A stretch of DNA of 25,535 bases from Elusimicrobiota bacterium (lineage in GTDB: Bacteria > Elusimicrobiota > Elusimicrobia > Elusimicrobiales > UBA9959), in contig JBAXKK010000032.1 of the NCBI GenBank assembly GCA_037137395.1, forward strand, positions 1 through 25,535, written 5' to 3'. Of this stretch, positions 8,769 through 15,975 are shown in pieces. Made by a program: the position numbers and the translations under genes. The notes below the pieces were generated by a model. The model was given only the letters and a program-made list of their open reading frames with translations. It did no database searches and was not told the DNA's origin. The number at the start of each line of letters is the position of its first letter. Within the stretch, counting starts at the first letter, position 1.

Positions 8769-9881
8769 TCAGTTTAGGGGCATGTTTAGGACGTGGGAAG
8801 CCACGACAGGGCGGAAGACGCGCAGATCTATGTCTTTGTTGATGGATTTGAGCGTGACTTTGAAATCAGAAAAATAAGATCTATGCCAGATTACGACATG
8901 CCGGACATTCAGCAGGTCGATCCTGGCCTGGGGGGCAAGCCTCTTGTCGCGCAGGATCAGATTTATAAGCACCGGCTCCACCGCGCCTATGGGGGCGTCT
9001 ATCTGGAGATTGTTGTCGGCGGCGGGGATGGCGTTGGCGAAGACGTCGCGCGAGGACCAGATATTGTTCCAGTAGCGGACATTGGCGGGTTTTGAGATCT
9101 TTTTCAGCAGGCCCTCTTTGATCTTTTCCATGTTCACGAACATCTTCATGAACAGATTGCCGGGGACAAGCGGAGAGCCTGTGGTTATAAATTTGTCTAT
9201 CCGGATATCGGGGCGAGTTTTTTCCAGGCGGTGCAGGGCTTCATGGGAGAGTACGGTCCCCCAGCTGTGGGCGAAGATAAATATTGGACGGCCGGTGTTT
9301 TTATAGGTGTCGTAGATCTTCGCCAGGCTGTCGGCCAGAGCCGGGATAGTTGACGCGGTGTCGGCCGGATCCATGGACCAGGCGAAGGGGATAATGGTGG
9401 GTTTATGCGCGGCGTATTCCGGCATCGCCATCAGTTTGAGTTCCAGATAGTTGGCGGTCAGGGGGTCGGCCTCCAGCGTTTCGGCGTCAGTTTCGGCCTG
9501 AGTGTGCATTTCATCCTGCCACTCAGCTTCGCCGAAGGTTATTTCAACAGCCTGTTTTTCCAGGGGGTCCCGGCTTTTGAAGAAAGAGGCTAAAAAGTTG
9601 TTAAGCCCGATTATATTCAACGGGCCCCAGCCGATCTTATTGAATTTTATGCCGGGCACGGTCACCACAACCGGAGTGAGGGCGGTTTCGGGCTTTGCAG
9701 GCACCGGGGTTGGGAATGCTTCTGCGTTTACCGTCCGGCTCAGGTCGCAGGCTTTAAGGGCGGCCAGTTCGTTTATGGAATCCGCGGCGGCGCCGGACAG
9801 AAAAGCGTCAGAAGCGGCGGCTGGGATTATAAGGGCGAAACAAAGACAAAATAAAATATTCCTGATAACAGCGTTCTTCAT
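8769..9881 (-). CDS. Secreted alpha/beta-hydrolase-fold protein (paralog A)
   Basis: Signal peptide, VVVTVPG strand, nucleophile elbow IFAHSWG, FITTGSPL, and candidate catalytic Asp (SRDVF) and His (WHRSY). Confidence 0.75.
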   Translation of the reverse strand: MKNAVIRNILFCLCFALIIPAAASDAFLSGAAADSINELAALKACDLSRTVNAEAFPTPVPAKPETALTPVVVTVPGIKFNKIGWGPLNIIGLNNFLASFFKSRDPLEKQAVEITFGEAEWQDEMHTQAETDAETLEADPLTANYLELKLMAMPEYAAHKPTIIPFAWSMDPADTASTIPALADSLAKIYDTYKNTGRPIFIFAHSWGTVLSHEALHRLEKTRPDIRIDKFITTGSPLVPGNLFMKMFVNMEKIKEGLLKKISKPANVRYWNNIWSSRDVFANAIPAADNNLQIDAPIGAVEPVLINLILRDKRLAPQARIDLLNVRHVVIWHRSYFSDFKVTLKSINKDIDLRVFRPVVASHVLNMPLN

Positions 9882-10001
9882 GCGGCGCCTCGCAGATATA
9901 ATTTTCCTTCTATATACAGAGTTTAATGGAATAACGGCTCCGGGGTAAGAGTCGAAATGCTCAGGCGGGCGTGAAAAAAGACCTAGTCGGGCGTAGGCCC
10001 T

Positions 10002-11114
10002 TTATCGGTTGCCGATGGCCAGGGCCAGCGGCGTTTTTACAACCTGCGGGGCTACCACTTTGTGGAAGACCGGCAGGTTTATGTCTTCTTTCAGCGAATC
10101 AAGGACGGCGGTAAAATTGTAGATATAGGCTTTGTGCCAGGCGTTCATGTCGCGCAGTTTTATAAGATCTTTGCAGGCCTGTTTGCGCAGGAGCGGGTGG
10201 GCAAGGATAAATTTTATAAGACGGGGCTCAACTTTCTCAAGCGAGATATCAACCTGGGTGTTTTTATCCGCGACCGGGATGGCGTTTGAGATAGCGTCCC
10301 GATAGGCCCAGATGTTTATCCACGAGCGCACCATGGCGGGCTTGGAAACTTCTGACATAAGCCCCTCTTTGCTTCGCTCAATAGCCATGAATTGAGCCGC
10401 AAAAACGTTGCCCGGAGACAACGGGGAACCGGTAGTGATAAATTTGTCTATTTTAACATCCGGGCGGGTTTTGGCAAGCCTGTGCATGGCGTCATGCATC
10501 AGGACGGAGCCCCAGCTGTGAGTCAAAATATAGATCGGCCGGCCGGTGGCCTTATAGGTGTCGTAGACCTTTGCCAGCTGAGCGGCGAAAGCGGGAACCA
10601 TAACATGGCTGTCGGCGGGGTCGCGTGACCAGGGGAAAGGGATAATTGTAAAAGGGGTGACGGAATATTCGGGTAATTCCCGGAGCCGGGCTTCAAGATA
10701 GTTGTCGGGCAGTTCGCGGATATCCCCGGACGCGTCCCTGGAGGAAACTTCGGCGTAGAGGCGGGGGAAATCCTCAAAAGCTTTTTCAAGAGCCTGCCGG
10801 TCGGAGGGGGTGTGTCCCGCGAAGATCAAATTGAACAGCTTCTGGAGGGTGTAGATGTTGAACGGGCCCACGCCAACTTCGCCGAATTTTAATCCGGCAA
10901 CGGTTATCACCACAGGCGGCAGACCGCCGCGGGGCACTATTTCCGTTACGATAGGATCGGGCAGGCGTAAGTCCCCGGTTAGGGAGGCAATGTCGTTGGC
11001 TGTGACGGCTGTCAGGTCCGACGCTGTCAGGGGCTGTCCGGCCATAGAGGACTCCGGGCAAACAGCCGACGAAAAGATAAAAGCCGCGAAAACTACTATT
11101 TTGGCGATTTTCAT
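10002..11114 (-). CDS. Secreted alpha/beta-hydrolase-fold protein (paralog B)
   Basis: Start at ATG 11114 (MKIAK), signal peptide, and motifs ILTHSWG, DKFITTGSPL, YRDAIS and WHKAY. It aligns end to end with 8769-9881. Confidence 0.75.
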   Translation of the reverse strand: MKIAKIVVFAAFIFSSAVCPESSMAGQPLTASDLTAVTANDIASLTGDLRLPDPIVTEIVPRGGLPPVVITVAGLKFGEVGVGPFNIYTLQKLFNLIFAGHTPSDRQALEKAFEDFPRLYAEVSSRDASGDIRELPDNYLEARLRELPEYSVTPFTIIPFPWSRDPADSHVMVPAFAAQLAKVYDTYKATGRPIYILTHSWGSVLMHDAMHRLAKTRPDVKIDKFITTGSPLSPGNVFAAQFMAIERSKEGLMSEVSKPAMVRSWINIWAYRDAISNAIPVADKNTQVDISLEKVEPRLIKFILAHPLLRKQACKDLIKLRDMNAWHKAYIYNFTAVLDSLKEDINLPVFHKVVAPQVVKTPLALAIGNR

Positions 11115-11177
11115 GATTAAGTAGTACAATTAGTATATCATTTTTCCCCCTTTCGGAGGACTTTTTTTGGCAGAGAT

Positions 11178-13013
11178 ATGAAAAAAAACGGTTTTATTTC
11201 CCTGTTTTCCTTCCTTGGCCTGAATTTCCTGCTCTCTCTGGTTATAGGCCTGGGATATTTTATGTTCGTCGGCTCACACCCGGCCGAGATCGCGTTTTCC
11301 ATAGCGGCCTACCTGTCTAATACCTTAATGATCTATGCCGCCCTGCTGCTGGCGTCGCTGGCGCTATATTTTGTCAGGGCCGGATTGGCGATTTTCGCGC
11401 CGTTTATGGCCTTTATACAATTCACGCTGGTGCTGGATGTGGTGATTTACAAGGTGTTCCGGTTCCACATCAATTCCATGGTTATAAACCTGATATTTAC
11501 CCCCGGCGGCCTTCAGTCGCTGGGGCAGGGGTTTGGCGTGCAGGCGTTATTTTTTTGCATAGCCGCGGCGCTGCTTGGTGCGGAACTATGGTTTTACAGG
11601 CTGGCCGCGCGTTCGGCGGCGGGCAATACCGGCATCGCGGCGGTTTTGCGTCGGAGATGGAAGCCGCTACTCGCGGCGCTGTTATTTTTGGTGGTTTTGG
11701 ATAAAGGGCTGTTCGCCTGGGGCACGCTTTACGATAAGGTTTATATCACAGGAAATTCCAAGCTCTTCCCTTTATACCAGCCGCTCAAGATCCGGACTTT
11801 CGCCAGTAAATACCTGGGCGTGAAGCTGGATGAAGAAGTGACCGTCAATATAAGCAAGGAGTATTCCAAGCTGGATTACCCCAAGCGGGCGCTGGAAACG
11901 GCGCCGCCTAAAAAGCCGCTCAATATCCTTATAATAGTGGTGGATTCTTTCCGCTATGACATGCTGGATAAGGAGATAACGCCGAATCTGTGGGCCTTTT
12001 CAAAGAAGGCGACGGTGTTCAGCGATAACTACAGCGGCGGCAACTGCACGCGGTTCGGCATTTTCTCCGTCCTTTACGGCCTTTACGGCAATTACTGGTT
12101 TTCTATGCTGGGGGAACGGCGCGGGCCGGTATTGATGGATGTTCTAAGCGAGCAGGGCTACGATATGCGGCTGTTCGCCAGCGCCGAACTCAGCTTTCCG
12201 GAGTTCAACAAAACCTGCTTTGTGAGCGTTCCAAGGGAGGGTATCTATGACCAGCCCAAGGGCGAGGGATCGGTGGGCAAGGATATTGAGATAACCGCGA
12301 AGTTTCTTGATTTCGTGAAAAACCGCAAGGGTGGCAGGCCGTACTTCGCTTTTATTTTCTATGACGCCTCGCACGGCAGCTATAGTTATCCGGCTGAGTT
12401 TGAGAAATTTAAGCCGGCCGGCGGCGCGGTTAATTATCTGACGCTGAATAAGGCGACCATCCCGCCGCTTTTCAATAAATACAAAAATTCCATTTTCTTT
12501 GAAGATTCGCTGGCTGGTGATATTTTAAAATTTCTTGAGCGGGGCGGCGGGTTAAAGGACACGGCGGTGCTGGTGATGGGCGACCACGGCGAAGCTTTCT
12601 TTGAAAAAGGCTATCACGGGCATAATCGCGCTTACAGCCCGGAGGAAGTTAGGGTGCCGCTGGTAGTTTATCTGCCCGGCCGCGCGCCCGGAGTTGTAAA
12701 GGCCGCGACCAGCCACATGGACATCGCGCCCACGCTGATGAAGCTGGCCGGGGTTAAAAACGCGCCGGACGATTATTCGAACGGGAAAGATCTTTTTGAC
12801 AGGTCGGACAGGTCTTTCGTCGCTTCTTTTTCGTGGGATACTTCGGCGCTTATAAAGGACGATTACGCTTTAGTGATGCCGCTGGAAGTTTATAAAGGCG
12901 GGCTGAAGCTGCACGGGCCGGACTATAAAGAGATCCCCGGCAATAAAGCTTTAGCGCCGTATATGCCGTATCTGCTGGATTTCCAAAAAGAAGCCAAACG
13001 GTTCTATAAGTAA
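11178..13013 (+). CDS. YejM/PbgA-like inner-membrane sulfatase/alkaline-phosphatase-superfamily protein
   Basis: About 5 N-terminal TM segments with D..IYKVFRFHIN, then PLYQPL, LDYP, NILIIVVDSFR, YSGGNCTRFGIFS, GDHGE and TSHMDIAPTL. Confidence 0.8.
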   Translation: MKKNGFISLFSFLGLNFLLSLVIGLGYFMFVGSHPAEIAFSIAAYLSNTLMIYAALLLASLALYFVRAGLAIFAPFMAFIQFTLVLDVVIYKVFRFHINSMVINLIFTPGGLQSLGQGFGVQALFFCIAAALLGAELWFYRLAARSAAGNTGIAAVLRRRWKPLLAALLFLVVLDKGLFAWGTLYDKVYITGNSKLFPLYQPLKIRTFASKYLGVKLDEEVTVNISKEYSKLDYPKRALETAPPKKPLNILIIVVDSFRYDMLDKEITPNLWAFSKKATVFSDNYSGGNCTRFGIFSVLYGLYGNYWFSMLGERRGPVLMDVLSEQGYDMRLFASAELSFPEFNKTCFVSVPREGIYDQPKGEGSVGKDIEITAKFLDFVKNRKGGRPYFAFIFYDASHGSYSYPAEFEKFKPAGGAVNYLTLNKATIPPLFNKYKNSIFFEDSLAGDILKFLERGGGLKDTAVLVMGDHGEAFFEKGYHGHNRAYSPEEVRVPLVVYLPGRAPGVVKAATSHMDIAPTLMKLAGVKNAPDDYSNGKDLFDRSDRSFVASFSWDTSALIKDDYALVMPLEVYKGGLKLHGPDYKEIPGNKALAPYMPYLLDFQKEAKRFYK

Positions 13014-13030
13014 ATCCGACTAAAGTTTAT

Positions 13031-13852
13031 TTACCGCATCAGGTTGGCGGCAAAGGCGTCAACTTCGCGAAGCTTTTGGGACTGCGGCCCTACCCCGTGA
13101 GGTTCGCGGCCGAATTGAAGAGCGGGGATGTCGTAAAGTTTTCTTTCGCCAGTTTCCCATTTATTAAGCCAGGCGGCGAGTTCCGGGGCGTTCTTGTCAG
13201 CCCAACTTGCGCCAAGCATAGACGCCGCGTAGTCGTCATAATCGCAGGCGTTCCCGTCCTGCTGTGAATCCTGCTGTTCCTTGCGCAGGGCGGCATAGCG
13301 CGCCAGGGTGTAGCCATAGGCCATGTCGAGATACGCCGCGTAGGTGAAATGCAGCGCGAGGTCATGGCGTCCCTGGAATTCTATCGCCGAGCCTCCACCG
13401 GAAAGATATGACATTAACCCCCTCATCATCGCCTGGACGTGCGTCTTGGGCGCCTGTTTAAATCCCGGATTATTAAGGCAGACGCCGGTCATGACTTTTA
13501 GTAGGACATCCAGGCTCCCCTTATGGTCCACTGCGGCCGCTAAAATCGCGTATTCCCTTGAGAGCGGAGTTTCGGGCATGAGGCCGAACCTGTCGTGACG
13601 GCCCGCCAGAGCCAGGGTAAGCGCCCTGTTTGCATTTTCAACCGCGCGGAGTTCTTCGGGGGTTAGATTCGCGGTCGCATCAAGCGTAATAGCTTCACGG
13701 ACGGCAGCTGGCGTCGGAATTTGCGCTTCAGAGGATTCAAGCGCCTGAGCGATGTCGGGTGAAAAAGCGCGGGTGTCCGGGGCTTGCGGACCGGCGGAGA
13801 CATAAACAGAAAGCCATAGCACGGAAGATAAAGCGATAAGCGGTATTTTCAT
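13031..13852 (-). CDS. Secreted hypothetical protein
   Basis: 273 aa, AGGAG SD, signal peptide, and an acidic/His motif GRHDLALHF...KEQQDS...DYDDYAA. Confidence 0.7.
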   Translation of the reverse strand: MKIPLIALSSVLWLSVYVSAGPQAPDTRAFSPDIAQALESSEAQIPTPAAVREAITLDATANLTPEELRAVENANRALTLALAGRHDRFGLMPETPLSREYAILAAAVDHKGSLDVLLKVMTGVCLNNPGFKQAPKTHVQAMMRGLMSYLSGGGSAIEFQGRHDLALHFTYAAYLDMAYGYTLARYAALRKEQQDSQQDGNACDYDDYAASMLGASWADKNAPELAAWLNKWETGERKLYDIPALQFGREPHGVGPQSQKLREVDAFAANLMR

Positions 13853-13886
13853 GAGCTCCTTTCACTGGCTGCTATTTGTTCTTTCG

Positions 13887-14032
13887 GGGTTTGCGGGGCC
13901 TGCCGGGGGCCTGGAACGCAAAACCGTAGTCGACCACACCGTGGCCGCTACTCCCGTCCTCAGCCTCGCCGCGATGCAAGTCTCGGCTTCCGGAGGGTTT
14001 TGCTAACCCAGATCCCCCGTCACCCGCTCCAA
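13887..14032 (-). repeat. 146-bp structured dispersed element, copy 2
   Basis: Near-identical to 8251-8396 (offset 5636 bp) and in the same orientation. Confidence 0.9.
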
Positions 14033-14169
14033 TTGCATATTTATTAAACCAATACTAAATACATAAATCCCTTATTATGATATCCCAAAATCAGTACGAG
14101 TAACAGGGTCGAAAGTCCTTTGAATTTATGCCTTTGGACCCAGACACGATTTTGCGACGCAGTATCCCC

Positions 14170-14266
14170 GGGGGTGGCGGCCATGGGTAGGATCGGCCGA
14201 GGAAGAACCGGCGCGTAGTCGCCGGGCTACCACAGGCCGATGGGCCCCATGGATGACAGGGCCCCC
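14170..14266. other. Rod-like imperfect inverted repeat (~97 nt)
   Basis: Nested arms GGGGG/CCCCC, CCATGGG/CCCATGG, ATCGGCC/GGCCGAT and CCGGCG/CGCCGG around a 6-nt loop. Confidence 0.7.
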
Positions 14267-14382
14267 AAAGTTCAGCCAATGGGCTAATTTCCCCGCCAGT
14301 GACGCAGGCTTGTCGGCGGATTGAGGATTAGGGAAATCCAGGTCAATTGCAGGGGGCGGGTTAATTTGGTATTTTAAAACTT

Positions 14383-15471
14383 ATGATAAGGATGATTATT
14401 ATATTGACGCTGCTGCTGCCGGGCGCGGCCATGTCGGCCGGGGACGGTGCCAAGTATTTCATCACTATCCATAACGGCGCCTATAATTTTAAGGGCGGCG
14501 CGGAACAAATGGAAGAATCCCGTAAGGCGCTGCTGGGGATGATAAAACTCGCCGACGCCCGGCACGTGCGGCTGACGCTGTTGTTCAGCGCGCAATACGC
14601 CGAGTATATAGCCTCCGACCCGTCCCGCATGGCGGAACTGGAGGGCTGGAAAAAAGCCGGGCATGAGATAGGGGCTTATCACACCGGCCCCGACACGCGG
14701 GCCTGGGACGGCTATTCCGATCTGCCGGAGGAAACTTTGGCGCGTACGCATAAAGACTATAAGCTCGCGGCGAAGACGCCCGGCCACCGGGAATACTTTT
14801 CGGAACTGGGCCGCCTCGCGTTTAAAATTAAGGCGGGTTGCGTGACGGGCCTCTCCGATAAAGGGTTTTTGGCGGCCGCGCCTGAATATGAAACCTGCTC
14901 AGGCGCGGATAACCGCGGCGGCGGGACCGGAAAAATGGCGGCAGCGGGTTTTGACGGGGTAAATAACTTTCTGACGGTTTATGGAAATAATAAAAAATCG
15001 CTTTCGTGTTCTCATCCGGCCAATCGGGCCGGGAGCGAGGCCTCAAAAAAAGCTTTCCTCAGCATGGCTTCCGGAGTCTACGGCGCCTCGTTCAATAGTT
15101 CACCCGGGGAATTCGGGGCTTTCTACGCCTGGCTGGAATTTTTAAAGGGAGTGGACCCGCAGGGGCTGCGCGATTTCACCGTGTCTGCTGTGGTGGAAGG
15201 GGGGCTTCTTCCTGAAAAGAAAGGCACCGCTCCCGCCGAAGTTCCCGCCTCTAAAAAGATTCCCGCGCCCGTCCAGGCGGAAGCGCGAAAACAAGAGTTT
15301 CCTCGCATACGTCCGGTGAAGAGCCTGAACAGTCAGGGGGATGGGTTTATTTTCGGCCAGCCCGGCCATGACAACAGCGGAGAGCGGCGCGGCTACTGCG
15401 GTGACGGCATTTGCGATATTTTTGAAAAGTCCAATACCGGCGGTCCCTGCCTCCGTGACTGCGGAAAATAG
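14383..15471 (+). CDS. Secreted protein with NodB/polysaccharide-deacetylase-like N-terminal domain and C-terminal Cys-rich motif
   Basis: Signal peptide, then FITIH...RLTLLFS...GHEIGAYH, a Pro/Ala/Lys linker, and a terminal YCGDGICDIFE...CLRDC. Confidence 0.6.
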   Translation: MIRMIIILTLLLPGAAMSAGDGAKYFITIHNGAYNFKGGAEQMEESRKALLGMIKLADARHVRLTLLFSAQYAEYIASDPSRMAELEGWKKAGHEIGAYHTGPDTRAWDGYSDLPEETLARTHKDYKLAAKTPGHREYFSELGRLAFKIKAGCVTGLSDKGFLAAAPEYETCSGADNRGGGTGKMAAAGFDGVNNFLTVYGNNKKSLSCSHPANRAGSEASKKAFLSMASGVYGASFNSSPGEFGAFYAWLEFLKGVDPQGLRDFTVSAVVEGGLLPEKKGTAPAEVPASKKIPAPVQAEARKQEFPRIRPVKSLNSQGDGFIFGQPGHDNSGERRGYCGDGICDIFEKSNTGGPCLRDCGK

Positions 15472-15483
15472 ATAAGTAAGAAA

Positions 15484-15504
15484 GGCGGCGGCACCCCCGC
15501 CGCC
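15484..15504 (-). terminator. Hairpin terminator between convergent genes
   Basis: GGCGGCGG-CACCC-CCGCCGCC, followed on the minus strand by TTTCTTACTT. Confidence 0.65.
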
Positions 15505-15508
15505 GCGC

Positions 15509-15886
15509 TCACTCCCGGGTTCCTTTCAATTTATTAATGGTCTTGCGGCGCCGGCCGGCTTTCTTTTTTCTCAGGCGCGCGATATTCATCAGGCGCTGTG
15601 AGGTCTCGGGGGAGATCCTCACTTCTATCTCGTCCACTAACTCCCTCAGAGCGAGGAAGCGGTTTAGCGAGCGTTTGCGTTCGCGCTGGCAGCGCACGAT
15701 CAGCGCCAGCGGCGGATATTTCAGCAGAACGGCGTTTGCCGTCTTATTTATTTTCTGCCCGCCCTTACCCCCGCCCTTTACAAACTGTTCTTCTATAAGT
15801 CGCAGATCTATCATTAGCCGCGCTATGCGGTCTTTCAGCGCGGCAACCTTGGCCGGAGTAATTTCAGAAAATTCGGTAAAATTCAT
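15509..15886 (-). CDS. Short class-I release-factor-domain protein (GGQ peptidyl-tRNA hydrolase; ArfB/C12orf65-like)
   Basis: Motifs IEEQFVKGGGKGGQKINKT and CQRERKRSLNRFLA, a basic C-terminal tail, and no codon-recognition domain. Confidence 0.88.
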   Translation of the reverse strand: MNFTEFSEITPAKVAALKDRIARLMIDLRLIEEQFVKGGGKGGQKINKTANAVLLKYPPLALIVRCQRERKRSLNRFLALRELVDEIEVRISPETSQRLMNIARLRKKKAGRRRKTINKLKGTRE

Positions 15887-15892
15887 AAAGCA

Positions 15893-15973
15893 AGTGGTAA
15901 GTGATAAGTGGTAAGTGGCGGAATCTGAAAAGTAAACACTGCCGCGCTGTCCGGCTGTCGTACTGCCGTACTG
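15893..15973. repeat. AGTGRTA heptamer tract (15893-15918) plus CTGYCGNN octamer tract (15939-15973)
   Basis: AGTGGTA-AGTGATA-AGTGGTA-AGTGG, then CTGCCGCG-CTGTCCGG-CTGTCGTA-CTGCCGTA-CTG. Confidence 0.8.
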
Positions 15974-15975
15974 AT

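Noticed and set aside
14170..14270. SRP (4.5S) or 6S RNA
   Set aside because: The ends resemble E. coli 4.5S, but the CAGG...GNRA...AGCAG domain-IV core is absent on both strands. It is too short for 6S.
15887..15975. rel as a frameshifted pseudogene with a downstream remnant
   Set aside because: Only 89 bp of repeats follow the stop and no ZFD/ACT-like sequence is visible. The HD and core synthetase motifs are intact.
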